NCBI GenBank assembly: GCA_000182565.2
Contig: KQ257450.1
Source of the DNA: Spizellomyces punctatus DAOM BR117
Lineage: Eukaryota
DNA: 64,000 bases
Reading direction: 5' to 3' (one strand)
Under the pieces are notes generated by a model. That model searched no databases. It was not told the origin of the DNA and saw nothing but the letters and a program-made list of their open reading frames with translations. Shown here piece by piece: positions 12,024 to 24,786 of this stretch. The translations under genes and the position numbers were made by a program. Numbering within the stretch: the first letter of the stretch is position 1; each line of letters opens with the position of its first letter.

Positions 12024-14180
12024 ATGCATTCTAGATGGCCAGTTCATGCTGGCCTACGACATTTAGCGCGCCGACATGTTCCTATCCGGCATTCTCACAC
12101 AACCCTCTCCCAACCCCCCCAAACCCACCTCATCACCACCCCCACCGGCCAAACCTACGAACCCATTATTGGCCTCGAAGTCCACGCCCAACTCTTGACA
12201 AGCACCAAACTCTTTTCCCCCGCTCCCTCCCTCCCTTCCTCTTCCTCACCCAACATAGCCGTCGATCCCACTGATGCGGCATTTCCCGGCACACTCCCCG
12301 TCCTGAATGCCCAAGCCGTCACATTGGCAGTGAAAACCGCTCTTGCACTTGAATCCGATATCCAACTCGTCTCCTCGTTTGATCGCAAACATTATTTTTA
12401 TCCGGATTTGCCACCTGGGTATCAGATTACGCAGTTTTGGAATCCGATTGCGAGGGGTGGGAGTTTGGCGGTTGGCATGGCCGATGGGTTACCCTACACC
12501 CGACGCGTACGCTTCATGCAGATTCAGTTGGAACAAGTTGTGTAAAACTGTTTTTTGATGATGTATTGATTGAATGATGTAAGCTGATTTTGTTTATTTC
12601 TTGTGTGGTTTAGGATTCGGGAAAGAGTGTTTTGGGCGTCAAGGATGGACAGACTCTTGTAGATCTGAATCGGGCGGGTGTGGGTGTATTGGAGTTGATT
12701 ACTGAGCCCGATTTGAGGTATACAGCGACGTCACATTCTTAAATTTACCAGTATTGAAAGACTTTTGATAGATCGTCACTAGAAACGGTCACATTTCTTA
12801 AAAAACTTCAAAGACTGTTATGGTACACCTCCATTTCATCTCCCGATATGGATGAGGTCGGTCTTTTCGCACATTAGCTTTGCCCATACCCTCCTTTTGA
12901 TAGTCTTATGTTTAAGGGCGCTTGGCGGTGTGATATCAACGTCTCTGTTCGACCTCTAGGCGCCCCCTACGGAACCCGCACAGAAATCAAGCACTTGGTG
13001 AAATTCACGTCGATTAAAGCCGCCATTGGTATGTCAATACCCCTCTTTCTTTCACTACTATTTTGCAGACACTAACCACCAAAATGTTTAGAATATGAAA
13101 TTGATCGACAAGTCCAACTTCTTGAATTGGGGCAACCTGTCCAACAGGAAACCAGATCCTTTGATCCACGTCTTGCTCAAACGGTTCGCTTGCGGGGCAA
13201 GGAAGGCGTACAAGATTATCGGTAAACATCCCAGTCTTTGTTCTTTTTTTGTCTTGTCTTTATTTCCTTACCCTTCTCAATTTAGGTATATGCCGGAACC
13301 CGACCTCCCATCCATCCACCTCACACCCGTACGTCCCTTGTTCCTTTTACCAGTTTCCAAACATTAAACAAAAACACTTTAGGCATTTATTTCCAACATT
13401 TCCCAAACCCTCCCAGAACCCCTCGACACCCGCCGCACCCGTCTTGCAAAGCAGTACAAACTTTCACCCTACCAAATCGAAATTCTCATGTCGGAACCTG
13501 GTGCCGTAGAGTATTTTGAAAAAGTTGCGGTTGGGAGGCGGGGTGGTAAAGTTGCCAATTGGTAAGCTAGAATCAAGAATGTGAAATGCTGTTTTTCAGT
13601 CTTGACAATGGATTATTTTTTTTTTTTTGTGTGTGTGTGTGTGTATATAGGATTATTGGTGATTTATTTGGATCCCTCCGGTCGCGACATTTAAATCTTT
13701 TATCATGTACGGTTCAACCCACCCGTCTCGGCGCCTTGATTGATCTCGTCGAAACTGGACGTGTATCCGGTATAACCACCTTCATACGATTTTTTTATTT
13801 TTGTGAAAAGAAATAATGATTTGGAATTTTAGGATTACGCGCAAAGGATATCTTGCATACCATGATGGACGGAAATACCCAATCACCCCTCGAAATCGCT
13901 CAAGAACAGGGATGGATATTGGCGAGTGATGTACAAGCTTTGGAAAAACTTTGTGAGGAGCTTTTAGAGGAGTTTCCTGAAATGGTTTGTTTTCTGTTTA
14001 TGAAATACTTTGTTGAAAGTGTTGGATTGTAATGTGTTTTTTTTTGGATAGGCGGTCAAGGTCCGAAACGGCAAAACTCGGGTCATAAAGTTTTTTGTGG
14101 GGGAAGTCATGAAGCGGACAAAAGGCAAAAGTGATCCTGTACTTGTTGCTGAAGTTTTTGCAAAGTTGTTTAAAATGTAA
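12024..14180 (+). CDS. PET112: Mitochondrial glutamyl-tRNA(Gln) amidotransferase subunit B
   Basis: [74 protein letters not shown]; 9 introns. Confidence 0.93.
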
Positions 14181-14297
14181 TTTGGGGGTATATTTGAAGA
14201 TATAATTATTTACATGACTAGAACGCTTAACAGGAATATGCAATGCAAAAGTGTTTTTTCTTTGGCGTCTTCAATCCAACCTTTGAACACATTTCCA

Positions 14298-14411
14298 TTA
14301 AATGTTATCCTCGCTCTCATGATACAGTACGTCCATCTCGATCCGTAGGTTATCACACAAGAGTACGCGGTACTCGTAGGATTCACTCCCGCCCATTTGC
14401 ACTGGTCCGAT
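14298..14411 (-). repeat. Diverged tandem copy of the 3' end of the Sfr1/Mei5-like gene
   Basis: Aligns to 14458-14592 with substitutions and two in-frame deletions. Confidence 0.85.
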
Positions 14412-14457
14412 ATCATTCACCTCCGTCTCCTAACCCGTCCCTTCAAGGGGTAAACAT

Positions 14458-15357
14458 TCAATTAAATGCATCCTCACTTTCATGATACACTCCCAATACG
14501 TCCATCTCAATCCGTAGGTTATCACACAACTCTTTTAATGTGGGTACGCGGTACTCGTAGGATTCATTCCCCCCCATTTGCACTGGTCCGATTTGTCGCG
14601 GAGGTAGACTAGAGCTTCTTGAGCTGCTGTACGCCATTTATGTATCATTCAACCAACGTGGTATCTTCATCCTACACAAAAAAGGATCTCAATAAACAAT
14701 GCCCTCGTAAAATGTGTGTTTGCTTTGTACTACGATTCAATGTACCCCTTCACCAACTTCAATTTCCGGATCCGATCTTCAAGTCCATCAACGGTCGTTT
14801 TCAATTCCTTTAATTCCCGTTCCAACCCCACTAATTCCGCATCCCGTACCGTTCCAGATTTCATCGGAGACAAAAACGGTTTATACACTCTTTTCGTAGC
14901 TTGTTCCATCATTGGTTTCTTGAAAGGTGATTTAAATGGTTTTGATACCCTTTCTAATTTGGGTTTTGTTCGTGGGGTATCTACCGACTATACATTCTTT
15001 TAGTTTGTCTACATGTCTTTTTGCATATACGATTATTTATGGAAACGTACTGTGTTGGGTCGTTTTAATGGCGTCGTTGGGGTCCGAGTAACGGGTGTCG
15101 GTATTGGCATGGATTCACCTCGAGGACCATTATTCCAGTACAAGACCACGCCATCCACTTTACATGCATGTACAACACGCTTGGTCACCAATTCATCCAA
15201 AAGGGCCTTAAAATACATCAGTTTAAATAGCATTTTAATGGATTCTTTGGGAGAGTACCTTTGGATTTGAAGCATGGTCCAAGTGGATCATCATCTCCGC
15301 TTCTGTGAGCGGTGTCGGTAGCGGTGGGATGCATCCTGGGAAAAGTGGATCTGACAT
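14458..15357 (-). CDS. SFR1: Sfr1/Mei5-like recombination mediator subunit (last exon frameshifted as assembled)
   Basis: KPFKSPF and KPFLSP motifs, coiled coil LERELKELKTTVDGLEDRIRKLKL, IHKWRTAAQEALVYL and TLKELCDNLRIEMDVLG...ESEDAF; needs single-base corrections near 14648 and 14593. Confidence 0.6.
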
Positions 15358-15805
15358 GCCCGCCAGCAATCTAGTTCCTTCACGGCGACGTTGTGATGTG
15401 AAGGGTAGTGTCATGTGAGTGCATGTGAGCGTGAGTATGTAAGAAACTCCGCGTAGGAGATGCTCGGAATCGCTTTCAAGCAGGGTTTTTTGTCTGGGCA
15501 TTATCTAGGTTCTTTTGTCACCAGTGTTTAATTATAAAAATATTCTTTAGAAACCGGGACCTTTTTCAAATTTCTTGCATCACGTTCACATATCTTGTTT
15601 TGAGTGGTATGCATGTGTAGGTTTGGATGTATGGTTCATATCGTTTTTGGAGATAATCGACAATGGAATAATAAAATAGTACAAGTGTGTGCGTATGCAT
15701 CATAACGGAGATAAAGATCTACGCAAGATTTCATTTTTGATACATCACACATATGTATAAAGCATGATGCAAAAACTCCATACCCAAAAAAATCCCTTAC
15801 ACCTA

Positions 15806-18800
15806 TCATGAACCCAAAAGTTGACTACTCGACCCACCCATCCCACCTCCCCCCTTATCCAACGCAACCACAGAAGCACTCTTCGTATCCAGAGCTACCA
15901 CAGAAGCACTCTTACCCACAGAAACCATACTCTGCTGCGATTGCATTAAATTCATGGCAGAAGGACCCGCCACAGCCATCGTTCGACGTCGTTCGAATTC
16001 TCGTTGAGGGGGTCTGCGGTACCAAAATACGAGACCTGCTCCTGCTATGATGGCGACGACGCCTGCTGCGCTTCCGATGATGGCTTTGGTTGCTGTGGGT
16101 GAAAGGAAGGCTTTGTTCGTCCTGTTTTTTTAATGGTTTTTGGTTAGAGGTTGGCGCTTTTTTGTGTTGTTATAGTGCCACTTACGTGTTTGGATCTGTG
16201 AGATTTGGAGCGGGGTCCGCGGGTTGTGGTGTACCACTTCTGTGGTTAAACAAGACGTTGAGTAATCCGCATAGCTATGCAACCCGCAAAAAATATGGGA
16301 AGCAACGTAGCCGGTACGTACATGGTATCCGTTGAGGTAGTCATCTCGTTACCCGTCATTGAACTCGTTGCAATCAAATCCGGATTTGATGTCATTTTGA
16401 TGGGCCCATCAGTGGGTGTACCTCGAGTTGAGGTACCTCCCGTCGAGGTAACTCCCACAGAGGTCCCACCCGTAATAAAACCCTCAGAAGTACGGCTCAC
16501 CACATCCGATCCCGACAAACTACTTGCCAACCCAGATGACGACTCTACCCCAGTTTCCAAAGACGATGATAATGTCCGACTAACGGGTACGGAAGGTGGT
16601 GATGATGATTGCTGTGAGGATGATGGAGGTACACTAATTGACTCGTCAGTGCTTGATGATGCGGGTGTTGATGATTGTACAGTTGAAGGGGATGCAGATG
16701 ATTGTAGAGATGACGGGGATGCAGATGATTGCAAAGATGTCGTAGTCAAAGACGTCTCGGATGACAAAAGAGAAGAGCTTGATGAAAGCAACGTGGAACT
16801 CGCACTGCAACAAATCTTTTAGTTCAGGCTCTTATCCCCACCTCCACCCCAAGATTGGTACTCACATTGATGATGACGATGATGACGATGATTTTGATGT
16901 TGATGACGAAGATGTGCTTGACAAAACTATCGACGTACTGAATGAAATAGCAAAAGAAAGTTCAAATACCGACCCTTCTGACACCCAAAAATGCCCCAAT
17001 CCACTCACCTATTCGTGAGCGAGCTAGAATACCCAGACGTGACAGTTGACGATATATTGCTCACCGTCCCCGTAGGTACCACACTCACAGACGAATTACT
17101 AACAGACGACCGAGCAGACGACAATGACGATGTAGCAATAGAGACACTACTCGACTTTGTTGTCGAAAACACCGGGAACGGAATAAGAGAGGCATTAAAC
17201 TGCACCAATAGGCTCATTGTACCATTCAAAACCCCATTGGAAACAATCAACCCAATCGTAGCGTTCTGGGAAGCAGAAATATTCCCATTCCATTGTATAG
17301 AAACCTTTCCGGCATCTACATCAGACTGCCCAAATCCAGTCCCGATGTCAACTTTCTTTCCATTCGCCATGAGAACAAGGGAGACGTTCACCGGCGCCGC
17401 AACATCCTCAAGTGCATACATTATTTTTAAACCTGGTGTTATGGTCTGGTATCGTAACTGCATCGCATCGATCGTGGTCGTGTAATTCGACGCAAGTGCT
17501 TTGGGTGCCAGTAAAACTCGTCCGGTCCCAACAGATATGGGGTATCCTTCCACATAAATAGGGAGCGTCGTGTTGTAATCTGCCGAAACACCATCGGATA
17601 CCTGTACTATGATATTGGTTGTACCCGCTGTTCGTCCTGCAAGGTACACCAACCGACCGAGCATGAGGTCGTTGACAGATATGACTGAGCCTGCTTGCAC
17701 CATTATGCTGGATGTTGTGGTGGTGGGGGATAATGTTGACGTTGCCGTTGGGGTTTCGTTTAAACTTGCACTTGTAGTGGTACTCGATACTTGCATGGTT
17801 GTTGCTGTTGTGGTCGATGGTGCGTTATTTGGGTTTGTTCCTGTCGTGCTATTCGACTCGGTGGTAGATACATTTATTGCTATAGCGGATGTAGAGGCTG
17901 AGGTGATGGAATTCGTTGCTCCCAGAGAAGTTGTTGGTGTAACCGTGCCAAGAGGGACGGACGATGACGCTGCTGCTCCTACAACAGTGCCCGAGGTGCT
18001 AGAATTCGTCGCTTCCAGAGAACTTGCTGGTGTACTCGTGCCAACAAGGACGGATGATGACACTGTTCCTACGACAGTGCCCGAGGTCGAGACCCCTCCA
18101 ACGCTGCCTGATAATCCCGACGTTGATGCCGTGAGTGGAGATTGGACGTTTAACCAAAGACTTCCAAGTGATGGACCACTAATGACGGTCAAATTCACAG
18201 TATAAGAAAGGTTTTGTGCAGCCATGAAATTGTCGATGGTGACATTCAAGTTGGACGCTAAAGTTTTGGCGGGACTGTCAATCACCGTCGTAAGTGGTTG
18301 GACGGTAACGGTTGGCTTGGCGACAATGTAAACGTCCAGAGCGGTATATACCGTTTGCCAACCGTCATAACAAGAGACATTGAGCTGGAATACAAGACAT
18401 TATTTAACTTGGTAAGACGAATCACAACGGGGGTTGAAAACAAAAGATCTTGGGTGCCTTTTCATCTTACCTGTGTTTTCCCGACGACACCTTTGGCAGC
18501 ATTAAATCGCACATCTTTGGCCTGCATATCATCTGCACGCCTACCAAACGACACAGATAAAGTACATGAGCACCGACCGTTGGTAGGTACATATATCACT
18601 CTCTCTCCTTACCAGGACCAGCTATTCCACGGATAATTATAGGCATCATACAGTCCTCCAAATTTCGTGATGGAGGCATAATTGACAGCCGAGTAGCTGA
18701 TCGATGACGTTCCATAGTTTTTCGTCAAAATGTCAACATCAGGCTGAACAGCGCTGATAATTCCAGTATTCAAAAACGCTCCCCCGTTCTGCGGTACGAG

Positions 18801-21800
18801 CAAGACCCTGGTACCCAACCACTGTAGCGGTAAATGAATATGCACCGGGACGTTAAAGTTTATGGGAGGATTCGCCCCGTCCGTTGCGACCATTGTAATA
18901 TTGTAATCTCCTCCCGTGATGTTTTGCCTTGCCGCGATTTTGACTTGATTCCCGCTCCCCGCTACAAACGTAAATCCAGCTGATACAGTCGTTATCGTCC
19001 ACCAATACGAATCATAAAAAGAGACAGTCATATCCACAGGAATCGATATAATCGAGTAGGTCAATAATCGGTCCGAAAGAACTGGTAAACTCGTGACGTA
19101 GATCCATTTCGATCCACCCTTGGGTAAGACGATGATAAAGTTTGAGTTCAAACGTGGGGGTACTGCTACTAGCACCTCTAAAGAGAGACTTGAATTCGTT
19201 AGACCGTCCCAGAGGTTCGTACCAAAAGTGTATTTCGGAGATACTGTCGCATTCGTGCTCGTTGGCGCATGGGTAAAAACAAGCATTCCATCAGCAACTG
19301 CCTTTTGTGTCCAGGTAGACCCAATCGTTACAGTGGACTGGTTTTGTACTCCAGATGTTACTTGGAGATTACCATCGTTATCCACGGTCGGTAACGATAA
19401 CACAGTATACGTCAGATTCCACGGCGCCAATATGGGCTCTGCTGTTGTCACCGAAAACCAGGATGCATTCAGCGTAATGGAAGATCCCCAAGCAATCACA
19501 GGCAAAGTTTTGCTGATTTTTGGCGGTGTATATACGAATGTGCAGAACCATTGATCTGCTTCCGTTCGAAATCCCCCAGTTGATATATTATACCTGAAGC
19601 AATTAGAAGAGAGATTGGAGGATGCCGTTGCATAAAACTCTAGATTGCTATTCGCAATATCATTCTGCGTAAAGGTGTATTGGCAAGGTTGCACCGGCGG
19701 GCACGGTGTTTGCGAAGGGCTGCAGGTGCAGTATGTCGCATTGTAGAGTGGTACCCTTGTATAATAATCTACCCATAGCTGTAAGGATCCAATCTGTGGA
19801 CTCGACAGAATCGTGTACATTAAGGAACTTGGTGCCTCAAAGTTGGATACCCATTCGAGAGACGACTTTGGGACCACGACTCGTTGAGACGTGGTACGAC
19901 CCGTCCAATCAATGAACATGGTTTGGTTTGCAGTCATTCTTGGTGCGTCTTCGTATACGATGGAGACCGTTTGTTCCGTAAAATTCCATATTCCATCCGT
20001 AAAATTATACGTGAAAGCGTCCCTTGCTCCTGCACGGTCTGTGTAGTTGGTATTAAAAACCAAGCGATTGCTGTTGATATCATCCTGAGTCCACCGGGAT
20101 CCAGATGAGAGATTTGTAACAGTCCCATTCACCAACAGGCTAAGACGAGCTTTAGCCGGCTCGGAAGAGAGTGTATACATCAACTGTGTGGTTGCATTGT
20201 CCGAATCTTGCCAGTTCAAATAGCCCGATGTAATGTTGACTACCGTCGGTTGAGCCAAAACGGCCAGTTGCAGAGCAACGTTGGTTTGTAGTCGAGGCAT
20301 ATAGTTCCATTGTATGGTAATCATTTGAGAAACAGGAGGATTCAGCCCGTCGGTAAAGGTAGCAGTGAAGCGGAGCCAACCAGGCACACCATAAATGCAG
20401 TCGACAGCAAATCCGGTGCTCATATCCTGCAGGGAGAACGAATACGGACCGCCAACGTTTGATGTCGGCCAAATATAGCCATAGCTGTAGTCCAGCGTCA
20501 ACCAGTTGGAATAGCATTCTGCGCTGTTAATCTTTGGGAACGTCCAAATAATGGATGACGCTGGTAGTGTTGTCCAAACGTTGAAGGTCGACAAGATGTT
20601 GCACCTTCGTCTCGAATAACTATCTGCATCACAAAGTGGGCTGAGGGCACCCCTATACTGTGGCGGCGGGACGAAGTTCACATTGAAGCGGTCTTGCACA
20701 ACGTTGATTCCATCTGTCACGCTGGCATGAACGTTTAGCAACTTACCCATTGTCGCATGGCCCATGCATAATCGCCCACTTACTTGTAATCAAAACTGAC
20801 GCTCATATTGGTCAAACTTGTTAAAGGCATATCTACCATCATCAGATCGACACCAATATTTGATGCATTCCACATGTCCCCGACGCTGAGCCGTCGACCT
20901 TTAACCATGAGGGACCCAAAGGTGAGATTACTTAAAAGTACAAATGTCAGTTGGTTCGGCCCATCCACATCCGTCCATGTCAACATATTGGTGGTGACTG
21001 TCCTATTCCCGCTTGTGGGATAGGCAAAGAGAGTCGTTGCGGCACCCTTTACAGGAAGCTGATTGACCAGTAAAACCGTGGCATTCCCAGCCGACGGAAG
21101 TCTGTGCCAAGTATAAAAGATCATAAGCGAAGAGCACTATACGTCCATCAACGTAGTGAATACTGAATATTACCCAACCGCATCGTAAACCAAAAAACCA
21201 AAGTCGTCACTTTTGGCAATCTCCTGATTCACCCATCCCGTATGCCGATAAGTTACAAGGTTCCTGTTGATGTCATCTAGCAGGAATAAGACATTAATAA
21301 CAATGGAATGTGCTCTTGGTGAAAGCTGCACTTAGAATGCAAACCTTGAGAGAATTGAGAGGATGAGAGTGTTCCACGCAGAGGTCCTCTCGTAATCTAT
21401 CCCCGATCAAATTTATGTTAGTACCTAACATGATTTTTGCTTGATATCATCGCACTCTTAAGCATTCGCACCTTGTACACAATCTTTGTTGCATCAGGCT
21501 GATCAGGAGCCAGTGCCTTCAGATTGGTAGATCCAATGCTCTTGGAATTCCACCAGTAAGTCCACATGGTAGTCTGAGAAACAATGACAGGCATGTAATG
21601 GTACTGTATCCGCAAGGTTCCGTTCGAAGTCGTTGCACTGCTCTGGACGATCAGCTGAACAACCTCCGTACCCGCTTTACTTGCCGTCGCCGTAACTCGT
21701 AAGTTACCACTATCAATGTCGCTCTGGAACCACGTACCACCAGGAACCGGCAGGACCGTCCAGTTGGTACCATTAAAGAGTTCCAGCTGATACGCCATTG

Positions 21801-24786
21801 ATACATTTGTGTTTTTCAGCAATGTATACTTCATCTGGTCCGGAGGAGTATCGGCACATGTGTACTGAAGGTGTTCAGTCTGAATTGGAAATGTGACAGT
21901 CGGCATTCCATTGACCGCAGCGCTTAACACAACTCGATTGGAAACCAAAACCGGCCAAGCAGGAATAATAGTGACGTTGTAATATTGTACGGCTGGTAGA
22001 ATGTTGTAGGGATCCGAGACCGAGAAGGCTATCCTCTCACTTCCAAGATTCGTACTCGACACCATGTACTGCACGTTTCCTTTATCAATATCATCTTGAG
22101 TCCACGTCGTGGCACAGGACCATGGCGCTGTAGCAGACGTCCTGGCTTGCACACAACCAAAGTCAAGCAGGGGTCCCGACGACAGCGAGTAAACAATTGA
22201 TGTGGGAAGGTTGTTAATATCAGAGTATTGTAATAATCCGCGAAGAGGCACACTGCCGTTACGTGGACAAAATGCAGTTATGTTAACCGATATCCAAGGG
22301 AGCGAGTTCACAATTATCGAGAATTTTGAAGAGAGGAGGTTAACTCCGTCCGATACAGTAAAGGAAATAACAGCCGTTCCGTTCCACCCTGTCGGGGGAG
22401 TATATTGCAGCTGTCTGTTACTGATATCCAACGCTGTGAAATTAGTCAGCATTTGCTGGTCTAGCGACGATGCATTCGTCAGATTTCCAGGAAACGCCGG
22501 GGCGATAATAGTAAATAGCAGCGAACTGGGTGTAACACTTGGTTCAACGCTCGTGGCCATTAGCGACGAGTCAGAAATAACCAGCGACCCGTTTTGCGCG
22601 ACGGTTGGAGAAATGCTCTTAATTACCGGCGCTGGAAATTGATATACGGATACTGGACCGCTTGGCACAGAGTACGAGCCATCCGACAGCGTAAAGGCAA
22701 AAGTAGTCATCCCGTACGAGGAAGGATTGAATCTTAGTTGGACGTATCCAGAGTTCAAGTCATTTTGACTGAAACGGGGCAATGTAAACATATATTGCTT
22801 GTTAGAATCGGCTTACATGAATCGTCGTACTTACCTGAATGAAACAAAGTAATATGGACCATTGTAATAGTTTGCAGGGCCTAGGTACGTGATGTACCTG
22901 TACAGTCCAGCGCCATTTCCTGGCCACTGAGTAACCGTAAATTGCAAACCCCAGGCATTATTCTCGACATCAGTTCCCCCCAATATGGTCTTCATGTCAA
23001 GAGGCTTGCTGTTTTGTGGGACTACCACGCCGCTCTTGGTCGTGATGATGGGTGGATAGTTGACATAGACACTGTAGCTACCAAATGCGCTGCTGGCTCC
23101 CGGTGCAGTCGCGGTGTAATTCAAGGTTGCTGTTCCGGTGAAGGTGGCCGATGTATTGACTTGTACTTGATTATATGCCACCTGCGCTAATGAAAAGTTT
23201 CCTCCAACTCCAACATTCTTCCATCCCGATGTATCAAGTACTCGTAGAAACATGCCATCTGTAATGGAAACGATCGTATAAATTACCGAATCAACAGCCA
23301 TCGTCGGAGCCGGATTCATGATATGAGCAGGTGCCACGGTTCTCCACGCCGCTCCTTGTAGCCAGGTAGTCGTGTAGGTTTGGTTAGTCCACGTCATAGG
23401 AAGAATGGTTATGCGCAAGATAGTTGGGATGTAACCTGGCTGGGAATCTGCAACGGTCAGATTGACCTCAGCAGTTCCATTCGTCGCGATCGGCTGGTAC
23501 CATATCATTCCATTGCGGACATCATCGACTGTGAACGTGCTATTAACCGGGAGGACCTTTGGGACGCTGCCCGGGGTGGCCATCTTTGTCAGAGTACCGG
23601 CGTTCGAGTAGGCTTGAATTGAGTACACCAAGCGAGTTGCATCATCATCTGTGTCAGCCGCATTGAGATTCACGGATTGCAGTTGAACGGCAACGTTTGC
23701 GGATGTGCTTGCAGTTGTGATCGGGGATACCGTAGGTGGGAAGTTGAACTCAACTGAGAGACCCCCAATGAATTCGTACGGTGTCCCATCTCTGATATAG
23801 TAATTGCAGTTTGTCCAGCGAGAGCTGGGCGATAAAGCCATATATCGGACCCTACCAGAATCTATATCGGACTATGTTTTGAGGGTCAGAAGAGCAAGCT
23901 TTGGGCTTAATTTGTAGAAAATAATAGGATACCTGGTAAAACTTCCCTCCAGGGCCAATATTCGTCCAGGTTCCGTTGATCTTCAATTGCAATCCACCAA
24001 AGGACGAGTCAAATCCCCACCAATCAGCTTCTTCCCATAGGGCGTCCGGAACGACTTTGGACACATACTGCACCATAGCAGGGGTGATCATTGTTATACT
24101 ATTCGGTCTCACCGTGATGTACCCGCCATTGCGTTTCGCCCATGGATCGCTGCACGTATATCTGATATTGCCTACCCACGACGTTGATATAGTTGTATCA
24201 ACTTGCAGTCCATTTATATATGTGTTTCCCGGACATTGCGGCCCGGTTTGATAGCCACTGCTATTTCCCTGGACTAGTGTCCAAACATAATATGGGTAGG
24301 GTCGAGCGTACGTATAGATCGAATGTCCCACGAAGAGATTTGGGCAACCTGTTGCTGTATGTACTGTATCTGTGAGGAATGACATCTGAAAGTATTTGCC
24401 GTTGCCATTATCATCCAGCACCTCATAGGCACCTAACCATGTAAGATCATCAGTTGAGTGTGCTTTGGTAACGAGTCTAACTAGACAATGCCTCACTTGG
24501 GAAAGGAGAGTCATACAACCCCAGTTTGGTCCCATCGGTGCAGCTCAGGCCGTGGAATTTCATGGCACGTTGCGGATACGAACCGCCAACGTGTTGCTGG
24601 TAATAAAGCCGCAGCCCGGTGACAAACCGTCCTGAGCGAGCATATTGATTAAAACGAGAGCGAACGGCACGCGAGTGCTTTCGTGTACATGTGCTAACCG
24701 TATGGGCATGTGTAGTTCTTGGTTGTGCATGTGGCCGCCAATGCTATGCTGGGTGCTAATAGAAGCAATGCAAGTACCCAGGCCAT
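15806..24786 (-). CDS. Giant type I membrane protein: signal peptide, Cys-containing beta-prism-like head, ~15-17 CSPG (cadherin-like) repeats, Ser/Thr stalk, TM helix, short cytoplasmic tail
   Basis: MAWVLALLLLAPSIALA at 24786; recurring cores FSQDDINRNLVTY, WTQDDIDKGNVQY, WTQDDINSNRLVF, FTQNDIANSNLEF with downstream FxFxVxDG; TM AIIGSAAGVVAIIAGAGLVFWYRR; TGA at 15806-15808; ~14 GT-AG introns. Confidence 0.85.

Noticed and set aside
16277-18205. Val/Asp-rich + strand ORFs (16277-16822, 16991-17485, 17609-18205)
   Set aside because: Antisense reading of the Ser/Thr-rich exons of the giant protein.
23872-23932. Intron starting GTATCCTA in the giant gene as a second U12 intron
   Set aside because: Mismatch at +8 and a CTGAC U2-type branch with no TCCTTRAC; probably a major-class intron.
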